The position numbers were made by a program, and so were the translations under genes. Below the pieces are notes generated by a model. The model worked only from the letters and a program-made list of their open reading frames with translations. It was not told where the DNA came from and made no database searches. A DNA stretch of 64,000 nucleotides from Brevibacterium luteolum (GTDB lineage: Bacteria; Actinomycetota; Actinomycetes; Actinomycetales; Brevibacteriaceae). Positions 20,312-30,323 of this stretch are shown in pieces; the first letter of the stretch is position 1; each line of letters starts with the position of its first letter. The stretch covers positions 310,001-374,000 of the forward strand of contig NZ_JABEMC010000001.1 of assembly GCF_013004595.1 (NCBI RefSeq), in the 5' to 3' direction.

Positions 20312-21388
20312 ATGATCCCAGACTGGCTGGCCGACCTCGTCACCGGCACCGACGACCTCAATGAACTGCTGCCTGAGCGCCGCGTCGTCGAGCTGCCGAT
20401 GATCACCCGCTTCCGCGGCATCACCTCCCGGCAGGCACTCATCTTCCAGGGGCCTGCCGGCTGGTCGGAGTTCTCACCGTTCGTCGAATACGCCGCGCCC
20501 GAGGCGGCACGCTGGCTGGCAGGTGCGCTAGAGTTCGGCCACCGGCCGGCTCCAGAACCCCTGCGCGATGCCGTCCCGCTCAACGGCACCATCCCCGACT
20601 GCCCGCCCGAGGCGGTGCCGGGTCTCATCGCCCGCTACCCGGGTGCCGGAACCTTCAAGATCAAGATCGCCGCCCGCGGGATCACGAGCCTGGACACTGA
20701 TCTTGCGCGCATCCGCGCCGTCCGCGCCCACGCTCCGGCAGCCCGGCTGCGCTTCGACGCCAACGCCGGCTACCCGCTCGCAGACGCCCAGCAGCTGTGT
20801 GCCGCCATCGCTGAGCTGCCGGAGGTGGGCGACTGGCTGGAGTACATCGAACAGCCGGTCGCCGCGGTCGAGGATCTCGCCCGGCTGCGGGAGTGGATCG
20901 CCGCCCGCGGGCTGCCTATCCGCATCGCTGCCGATGAGTCGATCCGCAAGGCCGATGACCCCTACCGGGTCGCAGCTCTCGGGGCGGCCGATGTCATCAT
21001 CGTCAAAGCCCAGCCGCTCGGCGGCGCCCAGCACGCTGCCGAGGTCGTCACCGGATGCGGGCTGCCCGCTGTCGTGTCATCAGCCCTGGAGACCGGCATC
21101 GGGCTGCGGGCAGGCGCGCTGCTGGCCGCCAGCCTGCCGGTCGACGCCGCTGCAGAGGCGATCTTCACCGGCCCACCGGCCTGCGGGCTGGGCACCGGGG
21201 CGCTCTTCACCGAGGACATCCTCAGCGCACCCGGCCCAGGCGGTGCAGCAAATGCCGCAACGCTGCCGGCAACCCGCACGACACCTGATCTGCTGCTGCT
21301 CGCCGCCCACACCGCCGACGACGAAACCTGCGCCTGGTGGGACGCCCGAGTGCACGACTGCCTGACCGAACTGCGCCGCCTAGCCTGA
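20312..21388 (+). CDS. menC: o-succinylbenzoate synthase
   Basis: RFRGITSRQ, EFSPFVEY, KIK, RFDANA, EYIEQP, AADESIRK, VVSSALET, CGLGT. Confidence 0.92.
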   Translation: MIPDWLADLVTGTDDLNELLPERRVVELPMITRFRGITSRQALIFQGPAGWSEFSPFVEYAAPEAARWLAGALEFGHRPAPEPLRDAVPLNGTIPDCPPEAVPGLIARYPGAGTFKIKIAARGITSLDTDLARIRAVRAHAPAARLRFDANAGYPLADAQQLCAAIAELPEVGDWLEYIEQPVAAVEDLARLREWIAARGLPIRIAADESIRKADDPYRVAALGAADVIIVKAQPLGGAQHAAEVVTGCGLPAVVSSALETGIGLRAGALLAASLPVDAAAEAIFTGPPACGLGTGALFTEDILSAPGPGGAANAATLPATRTTPDLLLLAAHTADDETCAWWDARVHDCLTELRRLA

Positions 21389-21392
21389 ACTC

Positions 21393-21790
21393 TCAGCCGA
21401 GTGGGCGGAGACGAGCGTATTGCCGGCCTGGGCATAGATGTAGAGGAACACGAACCCGTCCGCCTGCTTCTCCGCATAGCCGAGTGCCGCATCGCACCGT
21501 CGACCTCCACGTCGAAAGGCGTAAGCGTCGAGGACGCACAGGTCTCGCCACCGCTCGTGCGCTCGCAGCCGGCACACGCCTCGACATAGACACGCGCCTG
21601 CTCGATGCCCGCCTCGGCGGCATGGAGCTGGCTAACCGGATGCCCGCCGCAGGCGAAGCCCACACCCTGACGCAAGGGGTGGAAGCGTTGCTCATCGGCG
21701 ACGCGGCACAGAGGCTGCTCTCTGGCCCCTTGTCGAAGCGGTGTGACTTCCGGCAGTCGGCACACGTGCTGCTGCGCCAATAGCCGCCAC
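21393..21790 (-). pseudogene. Possible degraded gene remnant (extracellular/sensor-like domain)
   Basis: Protein-like segments in two minus frames (IEQARVYVEACAGCERTSGGETCASSTLTPFDVEVDGA; ALGYAEKQADGFVFLYIYAQAGNTLVSA), no convincing start, atypical codon use. Confidence 0.3.
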
Positions 21791-21826
21791 CCGGTGTCTG
21801 CTGCCGGGTCTCAGCGTGCCCTGACG

Positions 21827-23302
21827 TCAGCGCTGATCATCGGCGTCCCCGCGGCGACGCTTCCAGGCCCTGGATGCGGCCGGCACCGGTGCACAGGGGG
21901 CGATCGTCACATGCGTGATCTCATCCTGGCCCCAGGTGCGGTAGTGGCGGGTGCGTCGGCCGGGCACGATCGGATCGTGCAGCGCTCCGGCCATCCGTCC
22001 GGTGAAGTCGAGTCGGCCCTGCGCATCGGCGCGCAGCCTCGAGACAGACGCCGACAGCGGCGAAGAGATCCGCAGTTCATACTTCTCACCCGGGTGGTAC
22101 AGCGCAGGAGTGCGGATGCGGAACGTGCCCGCCCCGTTGAGGGTGAACCCGGCAGTCGTCACCTGCCCGAAGGTCACCAGCTGCGCGCGCCTGCGCGAGA
22201 TCGAGACCTCCCAGCCGTGCACGGAGAACACCGGCAGACCGGTGATGAAGGTGAACGCCCTGCCATCGGCGACGTGGCCACCACCTCGGGAACGGCGGCC
22301 GGCGGCACCCTGGGCGGCCAGGCGCTGCGGCAGCGCGGTGAGCCACTCGCCGAGTTCGCGCTGCCAGGCGAACCAGTTGTGCAGGCCGGTGGCGCGCGGC
22401 GTCCACATGTGCCTGATGCCCAGCTCGCTCAGCCGCTGGTGGAAGGACTCACCGTGGTGGCTGACGCTGGCCTCCAGCACGTCGACGTGCTCCTCGGCCT
22501 CCTCGGGGTCCGGGTCGCCGGAGCCGGCGGTGAACCACAGATCGGTGGCGGCGAGGTTCTCCGCCAGGTGCAGCGGGGAGTTGGCCAGCCATTCGGCCTT
22601 GTCGCGGCGCGGATCGCCGAACAGCGAACGCGGTTCGCCGCCCTCGCGCAGCGAGATGATGTCCATGAGCGGCACGGCGGCCAGCGGGTCGAGCGGGGAG
22701 GAGAATGCGGCAGCCGCGCAGTAGCGGTCGGGATGCCAGGCGGCGTACTTCATCGCCGCATATCCGCCCATCGACAGGCCGGCCAGGATCTGGCCGCCGC
22801 GTTCGGCGTTGACGGAATAGCGGCCGGTGACGAAGTCGACGAGCTCCCCGGTGTGGAACTTCGGCCAGTCGAGCAGCGTATCGCCGAAGGCATGCGTCGA
22901 GTAGCTCGCCGCCCCGGCATCGGGCATGACGACGAGATACGGGCTCTCAGCGGTGATCCGCTCAGCAGCCCCGAGGTCGGTCCAGGAGCGGAAGTCATCG
23001 CCGGAGCCGTGGAAGAGGTAGATGACGTCGGCGACCTCGCTCGGGGTGCCCGGCAGCAGCACCCGCAGCCCGACAGTGCGCGACAGGGCGGGGGAGTAGA
23101 CGAAGAACTCGCGCAGCCGGCGGGAGAGTTTGCGCTTCTCCCGCACATGGAAGCGGGCGGCGTCCTCGCCGGTGGGTTCGGGGCCGAGGAAGGTGAGCGT
23201 CTGGTTGCGGCCGGGGAACTCGCCGGCCCGGTTGCGGGCAGCGGTCAGGGCGCGCACGGCGCGCGCGCCGACGGAGAGCATGATGTGACGTCGCTGGATC
23301 AT
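21827..23302 (-). CDS. Alpha/beta hydrolase (esterase, antigen-85/tributyrin-esterase-like) with a C-terminal beta-rich extension
   Basis: VIYLFHGSG, VVMPDAG, nucleophile elbow AGLSMGG, GLHNW. GAGGA SD before ATG 23302. Confidence 0.8.
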   Translation of the reverse strand: MIQRRHIMLSVGARAVRALTAARNRAGEFPGRNQTLTFLGPEPTGEDAARFHVREKRKLSRRLREFFVYSPALSRTVGLRVLLPGTPSEVADVIYLFHGSGDDFRSWTDLGAAERITAESPYLVVMPDAGAASYSTHAFGDTLLDWPKFHTGELVDFVTGRYSVNAERGGQILAGLSMGGYAAMKYAAWHPDRYCAAAAFSSPLDPLAAVPLMDIISLREGGEPRSLFGDPRRDKAEWLANSPLHLAENLAATDLWFTAGSGDPDPEEAEEHVDVLEASVSHHGESFHQRLSELGIRHMWTPRATGLHNWFAWQRELGEWLTALPQRLAAQGAAGRRSRGGGHVADGRAFTFITGLPVFSVHGWEVSISRRRAQLVTFGQVTTAGFTLNGAGTFRIRTPALYHPGEKYELRISSPLSASVSRLRADAQGRLDFTGRMAGALHDPIVPGRRTRHYRTWGQDEITHVTIAPCAPVPAASRAWKRRRGDADDQR

Positions 23303-23399
23303 AAACGTCCTCGCAGGGGTCGGCAGAGGTGGGCGCGACACGGGGTCTCACCGCTCACGATAGGACGTGTGGGTGAACGGGAGGAGACGGGCGTGCGAC

Positions 23400-24359
23400 T
23401 CAGTGCTGGGGATTGGCTGCCCGGCGGCGCTCGGTGCGCACGCTCGGCAGCAGCTGGCCCTGCCGGTGGGCGAGGAAGAGCATCGCCAGGCTGGCCAGCG
23501 AGCACACCATGACGGTGATGACCGATCCCTCCATGCCGAGGTCCCCGCCGGTCAGCCAGTCCGGCCCGGAGAATGTCGCAGCGAACAGACCGTCCCCGGA
23601 ACCGACGCCGGAGACCGGGGAGCTGAAGATGCCACCGGAGAGGAAGTTCCACGTGGCGTGGATGCCGATCGGCAGCCACAGCCGGCGGGTGAGCAGATAG
23701 GCCCCGCCCAGCAGCAGACCGGCCTCCACCGCGATCGCGGTCGCACCCCACCAGCTGGAGCCGGGATTGCCCAGATGCGCGGCACCGAACAGCGCTGAGG
23801 AGATGATGAGTGCTGCCCATGAGCCGAACCACGCATCGAGGATCCGCAGCAGGATCCCGCGGAAGACGATCTCCTCGACGACGCCGGCGCTGATCCCGCT
23901 GGCCAGGCCGATGAGGATCCCGTCACTGAGCTGGATGCCGGTGATCCGGTAGCCGCCGAGCAGCGCGATGATGCCGATCGCTGCGAGGATGACCGCGACA
24001 CCGACGGTGATGCCGAAGAGGAACTCGATGGTCTTCGAACCGCCGCGCAGCCCCTGACCCGGATCACCGCCGATCCAGCCGACGATGAGCCGGTAGAGCA
24101 GCAGCGCAACGGCGGCGGCCGCGCAGGCGCTGATGACGGCGATCCAGCCGGGCCGGGCGATGGTGCCCGGATCGGTGATCTCGATAGGGTGGCCGGAAAG
24201 GTTCAGCAGCGCCCAGTCGACGGCGAGCAGTACGACGCTCGTGATGATGAACAGGACGATCCCGGCGAGCAGCTGCAGGATCCGCCGCCGGTCCGTGCGC
24301 TGCGTCGTGGGCTCCTCAGGCTCAGAGCGCAGCAGATAGGGATGCGGCGGGTAGGTCAT
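23400..24359 (-). CDS. CPBP (Abi/CAAX) family intramembrane metalloprotease
   Basis: EEIVFRG, FGAAHLGNP, IGIHATWN, GGDLGMEGS. TAGAAT 6 nt upstream of ATG 24359. Confidence 0.88.
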   Translation of the reverse strand: MTYPPHPYLLRSEPEEPTTQRTDRRRILQLLAGIVLFIITSVVLLAVDWALLNLSGHPIEITDPGTIARPGWIAVISACAAAAVALLLYRLIVGWIGGDPGQGLRGGSKTIEFLFGITVGVAVILAAIGIIALLGGYRITGIQLSDGILIGLASGISAGVVEEIVFRGILLRILDAWFGSWAALIISSALFGAAHLGNPGSSWWGATAIAVEAGLLLGGAYLLTRRLWLPIGIHATWNFLSGGIFSSPVSGVGSGDGLFAATFSGPDWLTGGDLGMEGSVITVMVCSLASLAMLFLAHRQGQLLPSVRTERRRAANPQH

Positions 24360-24448
24360 GAGCACATTCTAAGCGGTCCCGCAGAGCGCCCGGCACGCTG
24401 CCACCGGAGCAGGAACAGCTTTCGGACGGGCGTGGTTGAATCGAGGTG

Positions 24449-26125
24449 ATGAACACCTCTCCTGATCAGCAGCTGCAGCCCTCGACCGCGGTGGCCCGCG
24501 CCGTCGTCCGCGCCCTGACCGCCGCTGGGGTGCGCGATGTCGTCATCTGCCCCGGCTCCCGGTCAGCACCCCTGACCTATGCGCTCGCGCAGGCAGCCGC
24601 GGCCGGCCGGATTGACACGTTCGTGCGCATCGACGAGCGCTCGGCAGCGTTCCTCGCCCTCGGCCTGGCCAAAGGCCACCGGATCGCAGGGCACCCCCGC
24701 CCGGTCGCCGTCGTCACCACCTCGGGTTCGGCGGTCGCGAACCTCCACCCGGCGTTCGTCGAAGCCGCCTACGCCCACCTGCCGCTCATCGCGCTCACCG
24801 CCGACCGGCCTGCCCGGCTGCGCGGCACCGGCGCCAATCAGACTCTCGATGCCCAGGCGACGATGCTGCCCGAGGCGCTCACCGGCTGCGACATCCCCGT
24901 CGGCGCCGCTGATGCCGAGGCGATCGCCGGGCGCTGCCTGGCAGCGGCCTGCGGTGCCGGGCCGGGTGGGCAGCCGGGACCGGTGCAGATCAACGTCCAG
25001 TTCGACGTCCCGCTCGTGCCCACCGCCGCCGAGGCGGCAGACGACTGGACAGCAGAGCTCACGTGCCCGCCGGTCCCCGCGCCGATCCCCGTGACCGAGA
25101 TAGTGGAGACGGCGCAGATCACCGCCGCTGCCGAAGCGCTGACTGCCGCGGCCGGGGAGACGATCGTGCTCGGCGGGGATGTTCACGGCTTCCCGCTTGC
25201 AGGTCTCGCCGCAGCATTGGAAGCCACCGGTGTGCCGATCCTGGCCGAACCCTCCTGTCCGCTCGTCGACTCCAGCGCCGCGGTGCCGACCCACCCGCAG
25301 GTCCTCGAGGCGCACCCACAGCTTCTCGACGAGTGCCGGCGGGTCGTGGTCATCGGCAAACCGACCCTGTTCAGGCCCGATGCGAAGCTGCTGGCCTCCG
25401 ACCGGCAGATCATCCGCATCCCCGCCGGCGCTGAGGTGGGCCTCGCCTCGGCACTCGACGCCGAACGCGACGCCGAATGCGATGCCGAACGTCCTGCTGG
25501 TGCGGGCCGCTGGTCGGGCCGCTGGATCGAGGCCGGCCGGAAGCTCACCGGAACCGGCGGCAAGCGGGCGGAGATCGTGCAGGCGGCGCTCACCGCTGCG
25601 CCTGATGCGGTGCGCCCGCACGTCTATGCAGCCAGCTCCTCGGCCATCCGCGTCATCGCCGAGACCATCCACGCCGTACCGGTCGACCGGCGCGCGCAGG
25701 TGCATGCCTCGCGCGGACTGGCCGGCATCGACGGGCTCATCTCGACAGCCACCGGGTTCTCCCGGGCACTTGACCCGGCCGTGCCGGTGCGGCTCATCAT
25801 CGGGGACCTGGCGATGCTGCATGAGATCGGCGGGCTGCTGCGCGAAGCAGGCGAGGAGCTGCCGGCGCTGCAGATCATCGTGCTCAACGATGACGGCGGG
25901 CAGATCTTCGCCGGACTCGAACACGGCCAGGATCACCTCGTGCCCTACTTCGAACGCTACTTCGCCACCCCGCACGGCCGGGGCTTCGCCACCCTGGCTG
26001 CCGGCTACGGCTGGCCGCACACACAGGTCGACAGTGCCGAGGCGCTCGCCCGGGTGCTCGCGGCTGGCGAGCCGGGCATCATCGAGGTGCCGCTGCCGTC
26101 CGTGGCCAGCCCAGCAGCCAGCTGA
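24449..26125 (+). CDS. menD: SEPHCHC synthase
   Basis: CPGSRSAPL, RIDERSAAFLALG, TTSGSAVANL, TADRP, SRGLAGIDG, GDLAMLHE, NDDGGQIF. Confidence 0.95.
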   Translation: MNTSPDQQLQPSTAVARAVVRALTAAGVRDVVICPGSRSAPLTYALAQAAAAGRIDTFVRIDERSAAFLALGLAKGHRIAGHPRPVAVVTTSGSAVANLHPAFVEAAYAHLPLIALTADRPARLRGTGANQTLDAQATMLPEALTGCDIPVGAADAEAIAGRCLAAACGAGPGGQPGPVQINVQFDVPLVPTAAEAADDWTAELTCPPVPAPIPVTEIVETAQITAAAEALTAAAGETIVLGGDVHGFPLAGLAAALEATGVPILAEPSCPLVDSSAAVPTHPQVLEAHPQLLDECRRVVVIGKPTLFRPDAKLLASDRQIIRIPAGAEVGLASALDAERDAECDAERPAGAGRWSGRWIEAGRKLTGTGGKRAEIVQAALTAAPDAVRPHVYAASSSAIRVIAETIHAVPVDRRAQVHASRGLAGIDGLISTATGFSRALDPAVPVRLIIGDLAMLHEIGGLLREAGEELPALQIIVLNDDGGQIFAGLEHGQDHLVPYFERYFATPHGRGFATLAAGYGWPHTQVDSAEALARVLAAGEPGIIEVPLPSVASPAAS

Positions 26126-26152
26126 GTCTGGCGTCAGCCACCGCCGCAGGAT

Positions 26153-26668
26153 TCAGGCGCTGCCGCGGCGCTGCGCGCGCCTGCGGGCAGCAGCGATGAG
26201 ACTGAGAGCCACTCCGGCGATGAGGATGCCACCAGCAGCGAGCATGATGACCGCGGCGGTGGTCGCCCCGCCGTCGGATGGGGCGAAGAGGTCGGTGACA
26301 TAGCCGATGAGGAACGTCCCGGCCCCGGCGTAGACGACGATGTTGGCGACCTTGCCGAGTCCGGTGGCCGGGTTCTCGGCTGAGTCGGTGAACTCGCGGC
26401 GCGAATCGTCGTGCCGGGTGCCGCCGGAGGTGACGTCGTGCTCGGCATCACCGTCATGGTCACCGGTGCCGTCGTCGAAGGACCCGGCGACCGTGCTCGC
26501 CACCTGCAGGCCGAAGCCGGTGGCGATGAGCACGGCGGCGACGGTGAGGACGAACTCCTGACCAGCCGGCGGCTCGTCACCGAAGAACCTGAGCAGGAAG
26601 CTGATGAGCGCACTGAACGCGACGATGACCGCACCTGCGAAGATCGCCAGATACCCGGACCTACGCAT
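26153..26668 (-). CDS. Hypothetical four-TM membrane protein
   Basis: MRRSGYLAIFAGAV... four hydrophobic segments with an acidic loop. ATG overlaps the menF 3' end; GGGAGG SD. Confidence 0.7.
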   Translation of the reverse strand: MRRSGYLAIFAGAVIVAFSALISFLLRFFGDEPPAGQEFVLTVAAVLIATGFGLQVASTVAGSFDDGTGDHDGDAEHDVTSGGTRHDDSRREFTDSAENPATGLGKVANIVVYAGAGTFLIGYVTDLFAPSDGGATTAAVIMLAAGGILIAGVALSLIAAARRRAQRRGSA

Positions 26669-28136
26669 GACTTCCCTCCCGCTCAGCAGCCGTAGGTGCT
26701 GCATCCGTCGGCATGGCCGCCGCGCGCTCCTCGGCGATCGCGGCCTGCGGGTCGATGCCGAGCGCGGTGCGCATCGGCGCGAACTTCGCACCGGTCTCGA
26801 CCAGCTCGGTCAGCGGATCGGAATCGGGCATGATCCCAGCCCCGGCGAAGAGCCGGATGCGGTTGCGGGCCTCGAACTGACCGCACCGCAGCGCGATGCC
26901 GAACTGCCCGTTGCCGGCCGCATCCATCCAGCCCACCGGCCCGGAGAACCGGCCCCGGTCGGTGCGCTCGTACTCTGCGATCGTCGCGGCGGCCAGCTGC
27001 GTCGGCACCCCGCCGATCGCAGCAGTCGGATGGACCGCCTCGGCGACGGCCAGCGCGGTCGGCACCCGCCCGTCGCGGGCTGTCAGCGTGCCGTGGGCGT
27101 CAGAGGCCAGGTGGATGACATTGGCCAGCTGCAGCAGGTGCGGCTCCTCGTCGACGTGCAGCTGATCGGTCAGGCGGGTCAGCGGCGCGACGATCGACTC
27201 GATCGCATACCGGTGCTCCTCCTGATCCTTGGCCTTGCCCAGCAGTTCGCGGGCCGCGGCGAGTTCGGCGCGCGGATCGTCCTCGACCCGGTAGGTGCCG
27301 GCGAGCACCCGAGTGGTGACCCGGCCGTCCTCGACTCCGACGAGCAGCTCCGGGGTCGCGCCGATGAGGCCGGCGACATCGAAGGTCCAGCAGCCCGGAT
27401 ACGCGGTGTTGAGCGCCGCGAGCAGCGCACGCACGTCGATCTCGTCGGGGGTCTCGATGAGCTCATCGCGAGCGAGCACGACCTTCTTCAGCGCCTGCGC
27501 ACCGGTCTGCTCCCGCATGAGAGCGCTCGCCTGGGCGACGATGTCGAGGTAGTCCGCCCCGGTCGTATGCCCGGGTTTCCGGGTCGCGCCGACCGGCCGG
27601 CGGATCGGGGTCGGGGCGAGGACGAGCTCCCCATCGTCACTGCCATCGCCGTTGCCGGCCGGGTCAGCTGTGCGAGCACCGGCACTCAGCGGTTCGATCG
27701 AGGTCAGCCACACGCGCCCATCGCGGCGGCCGAGCAGATAGCGGGGGATGTCGATGACCGAGGTGGCCTGCGACTGGGCGGAGAACGTCACCGCCGAGAA
27801 GCACGCCAGGCCCGAACCCGGCAGGCCGACCGGATCGTCGATCGTCGAGGTCGCCACGATCTGCTGCCAGGCCCGGTCGAGGTCAGCGAACCGGCGGGCA
27901 CCGGTGGCGGTCAGCCGGGCTGCCCGGCCGAACCCGACGAGCCCGGAGGTATGCCGCACCCAGCAGGAGAACCCTGCAGCCGGCAGCTGGGAGATGAACT
28001 CCTGCGGCGTTGTCGGCAGCCCGTGGGTGAAGGGCACCGGGGCATGAGGGCTGAGGCCGTCGATGAACCATGAACGCACCGCAAACCGCGGCAGCCCAGG
28101 GTCGTCATCGCTCACATCGATCCTGTCCATATTCAT
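26661..28136 (-). CDS. menF: Isochorismate synthase
   Basis: KVVLAR, GATPELL, LAGT, KDQEEH, HPTAAIGG, DRGRFSGPVGW, IALRC, AGAGI. Confidence 0.92.
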   Translation of the reverse strand: MNMDRIDVSDDDPGLPRFAVRSWFIDGLSPHAPVPFTHGLPTTPQEFISQLPAAGFSCWVRHTSGLVGFGRAARLTATGARRFADLDRAWQQIVATSTIDDPVGLPGSGLACFSAVTFSAQSQATSVIDIPRYLLGRRDGRVWLTSIEPLSAGARTADPAGNGDGSDDGELVLAPTPIRRPVGATRKPGHTTGADYLDIVAQASALMREQTGAQALKKVVLARDELIETPDEIDVRALLAALNTAYPGCWTFDVAGLIGATPELLVGVEDGRVTTRVLAGTYRVEDDPRAELAAARELLGKAKDQEEHRYAIESIVAPLTRLTDQLHVDEEPHLLQLANVIHLASDAHGTLTARDGRVPTALAVAEAVHPTAAIGGVPTQLAAATIAEYERTDRGRFSGPVGWMDAAGNGQFGIALRCGQFEARNRIRLFAGAGIMPDSDPLTELVETGAKFAPMRTALGIDPQAAIAEERAAAMPTDAAPTAAEREGSHA

Positions 28137-28243
28137 GCCATCCTACGTGCTCACCGGCCCCGGCGGCAGGCACCTTGAGCACACTGCGCCACGACACCGG
28201 GCCCCGATTGGCTCCCGGGCGGCTCAGTTGAGACGATAGGGCA

Positions 28244-28990
28244 ATGAACCGGGCCCAGCTGGACAAACAGGCCGCCGACGTCGCGTCGATGTTCGACGAC
28301 GTCGCCGAGCGCTACGACCTCACCAACGACGTCATGACCTTCGGGATCTCACGCCTGTGGCGCATCGCCAACACCGAGGCGGTCGACCCCAAGCCGGGTG
28401 AGCGGATCCTCGACCTGGCCGCCGGGACCGGCGCCTCGTCCGTTCCGTATGTGCGCGCCGGCGCCGAGGTGGTCGCAGGCGACATCTCCGAGGGCATGCT
28501 CGCAGTCGGTCGGAAGCGCTACCCGGACATCGAGTTCGTCTACGCCGACGCCCTCGACCTGCCGTTCGCCGCTGAGACCTTCGATGCGGTGACGATCACC
28601 TACGGCATCCGCAACTTCCAGGACGTCGACGCGGCCCTCACGGAGATCCTGCGCGTCCTCAAGCCCGGCGGCCGGCTCGTCATCGCCGAGTTCTCCACCC
28701 CGACGTTCGCGCCGTTCGCCGTGGCGTACAAGGAGTACATCATGGCCGCGCTGCCGGCCCTGGCGAAGGCCGTGAGCTCGAACCCTGAGGCCTACGTCTA
28801 CCTCGCCGAGTCGATCCGCACCTGGCCGGACCAGGACACCTTCGCCCGGCAGATCTTCGCTGCCGGCTACGACCAGGTGAAGTACCGCAACCTCACCGGC
28901 GGCATCGTCGCCATCCACCACGCCCTCAAGCCCGCCGCCGGGCCCAACCCGGCTGCTAGGCCCAACCCCGCCGGCGGCCCGACGGCATGA
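28244..28990 (+). CDS. menG: Demethylmenaquinone methyltransferase
   Basis: MFDDVAERYDLTND, LDLAAGTG, RVLKPGG, AYVYLAESI, NLTGGIVAIH. Confidence 0.95.
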   Translation: MNRAQLDKQAADVASMFDDVAERYDLTNDVMTFGISRLWRIANTEAVDPKPGERILDLAAGTGASSVPYVRAGAEVVAGDISEGMLAVGRKRYPDIEFVYADALDLPFAAETFDAVTITYGIRNFQDVDAALTEILRVLKPGGRLVIAEFSTPTFAPFAVAYKEYIMAALPALAKAVSSNPEAYVYLAESIRTWPDQDTFARQIFAAGYDQVKYRNLTGGIVAIHHALKPAAGPNPAARPNPAGGPTA

Positions 28991-30306
28991 CCCACATCGA
29001 CGCCGACGTCGTCATCGTCGGTGCAGGACCGGCCGGCTCGACCGCAGCCGCCCACCTCGCCCAGGCCGGCTTCGAGGTCGCACTTCTGGAGAAGGCCTCC
29101 TTCCCGCGCGACAAGATCTGCGGCGACGCCCTCACCCCCAGGGCCGTGCGCGAAACCCAGCGTCTCGGCATCCCGACCAGGGCCGCGGACGGCTGGCACC
29201 CCAACCGCGGGCTGCGGCTCATCGGCGCCGGCCACCGCCTGGAGATCGACTGGCCCGATGTGCCGGGCATGCCCGATCACGGGCTGACACGCCCGCGCAT
29301 GAAGCTCGACGCCGACCTCGCCGGCTTCGCAGCCGCGTGCGGCGCGCGCCTGCACGAGAACACGATGGCCACCCATCCGCTCCTCGGTCCCGACGGCTGG
29401 GTCACCGGGGTCGCCGCCCGGGCCACCGATGAACGCGGCCGCAGGACCGGCCCCGAGCTGACCTTCCGCGCCCCGGTCGTCATCGCCGCCGACGGCGTCT
29501 CCTCCCGCATGGCCGTGGCACTGGGCATCGAGAAGCGCGATGACCGCCCGATGGGCGTGGCCGTACGCACCTACCATTCCTCCCCGCGCCATGACGACGA
29601 CTACATCGAAAGCTGGGTCGAGCTCACCGCACCCACCCAGACCACCGCCTCGGGCCAGGCGACCGGCGGTGAGGTGATGCCCGGCTACGGCTGGCTGTTC
29701 CCGCTCGGCGACGGCACCGTCAACGTCGGACTCGGGATGCTCAACACCTCCCCGGCCTTCGGCCAGGTCGACTACCGGGCCGTGCTGCGCGACTGGATCG
29801 CAGCGATGGGCCACGAGTGGGACATCGACGAGACCACCGAACTGACCCCGGTGCGCTCAGCGGCCCTGCCGATGGCCTTCAACCGCACCCCGCACTTCGA
29901 CCGCGGCATGCTGCTCATCGGCGACGCCGGCGGAATGGTCAACCCCTTCAACGGCGAGGGCATCGACTACGGCATGGAAGCCGCCCGCATCGCCGCCGAG
30001 GTGATCTCCACCTACGCCCGCTATCCCGAGGCCGCCCGCCGGCGCCGCCTGGCCGAATACCCGGCCGCCGTGCGCGAGAGCTTCGGCTCCTACTTCACCC
30101 TCGGACGGGTGTTCGCCGAGCTCATCGGACGCCCCGAGCTCATGAGCCTCGGCATCAAGTACGGTATGAGTAGCAGACTGGTGATGACCTTCGTGGTCAA
30201 GCTGCTGGCGAACCTCTACGACGACGGATCCACCACCGACCGGGACGCCTACGACTATGTCATCACCGCACTGACGAGGCTGACACCGGCGACGACGAAC
30301 GACTGA
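28987..30306 (+). CDS. menJ: Geranylgeranyl-reductase family protein, probable menaquinone side-chain reductase
   Basis: VGAGPAG, FPRDKICGD, AADG, PGYGWLFP, GDAGGMVNPFNGEGI; located between menG and the polyprenyl synthase. Confidence 0.8.
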   Translation: MTHIDADVVIVGAGPAGSTAAAHLAQAGFEVALLEKASFPRDKICGDALTPRAVRETQRLGIPTRAADGWHPNRGLRLIGAGHRLEIDWPDVPGMPDHGLTRPRMKLDADLAGFAAACGARLHENTMATHPLLGPDGWVTGVAARATDERGRRTGPELTFRAPVVIAADGVSSRMAVALGIEKRDDRPMGVAVRTYHSSPRHDDDYIESWVELTAPTQTTASGQATGGEVMPGYGWLFPLGDGTVNVGLGMLNTSPAFGQVDYRAVLRDWIAAMGHEWDIDETTELTPVRSAALPMAFNRTPHFDRGMLLIGDAGGMVNPFNGEGIDYGMEAARIAAEVISTYARYPEAARRRRLAEYPAAVRESFGSYFTLGRVFAELIGRPELMSLGIKYGMSSRLVMTFVVKLLANLYDDGSTTDRDAYDYVITALTRLTPATTND

Positions 30307-30323
30307 GGGCTGACGAAACGGAC

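Noticed and set aside
25457..25492. Short in-frame repeats in menD (DAER-DAEC-DAER), the menG C-terminus (PAAGPN-PAARPN) and the histidine phosphatase (GVAG x2)
   Set aside because: Frame-preserving slippage in probable loops or tails; no sign of phase variation.
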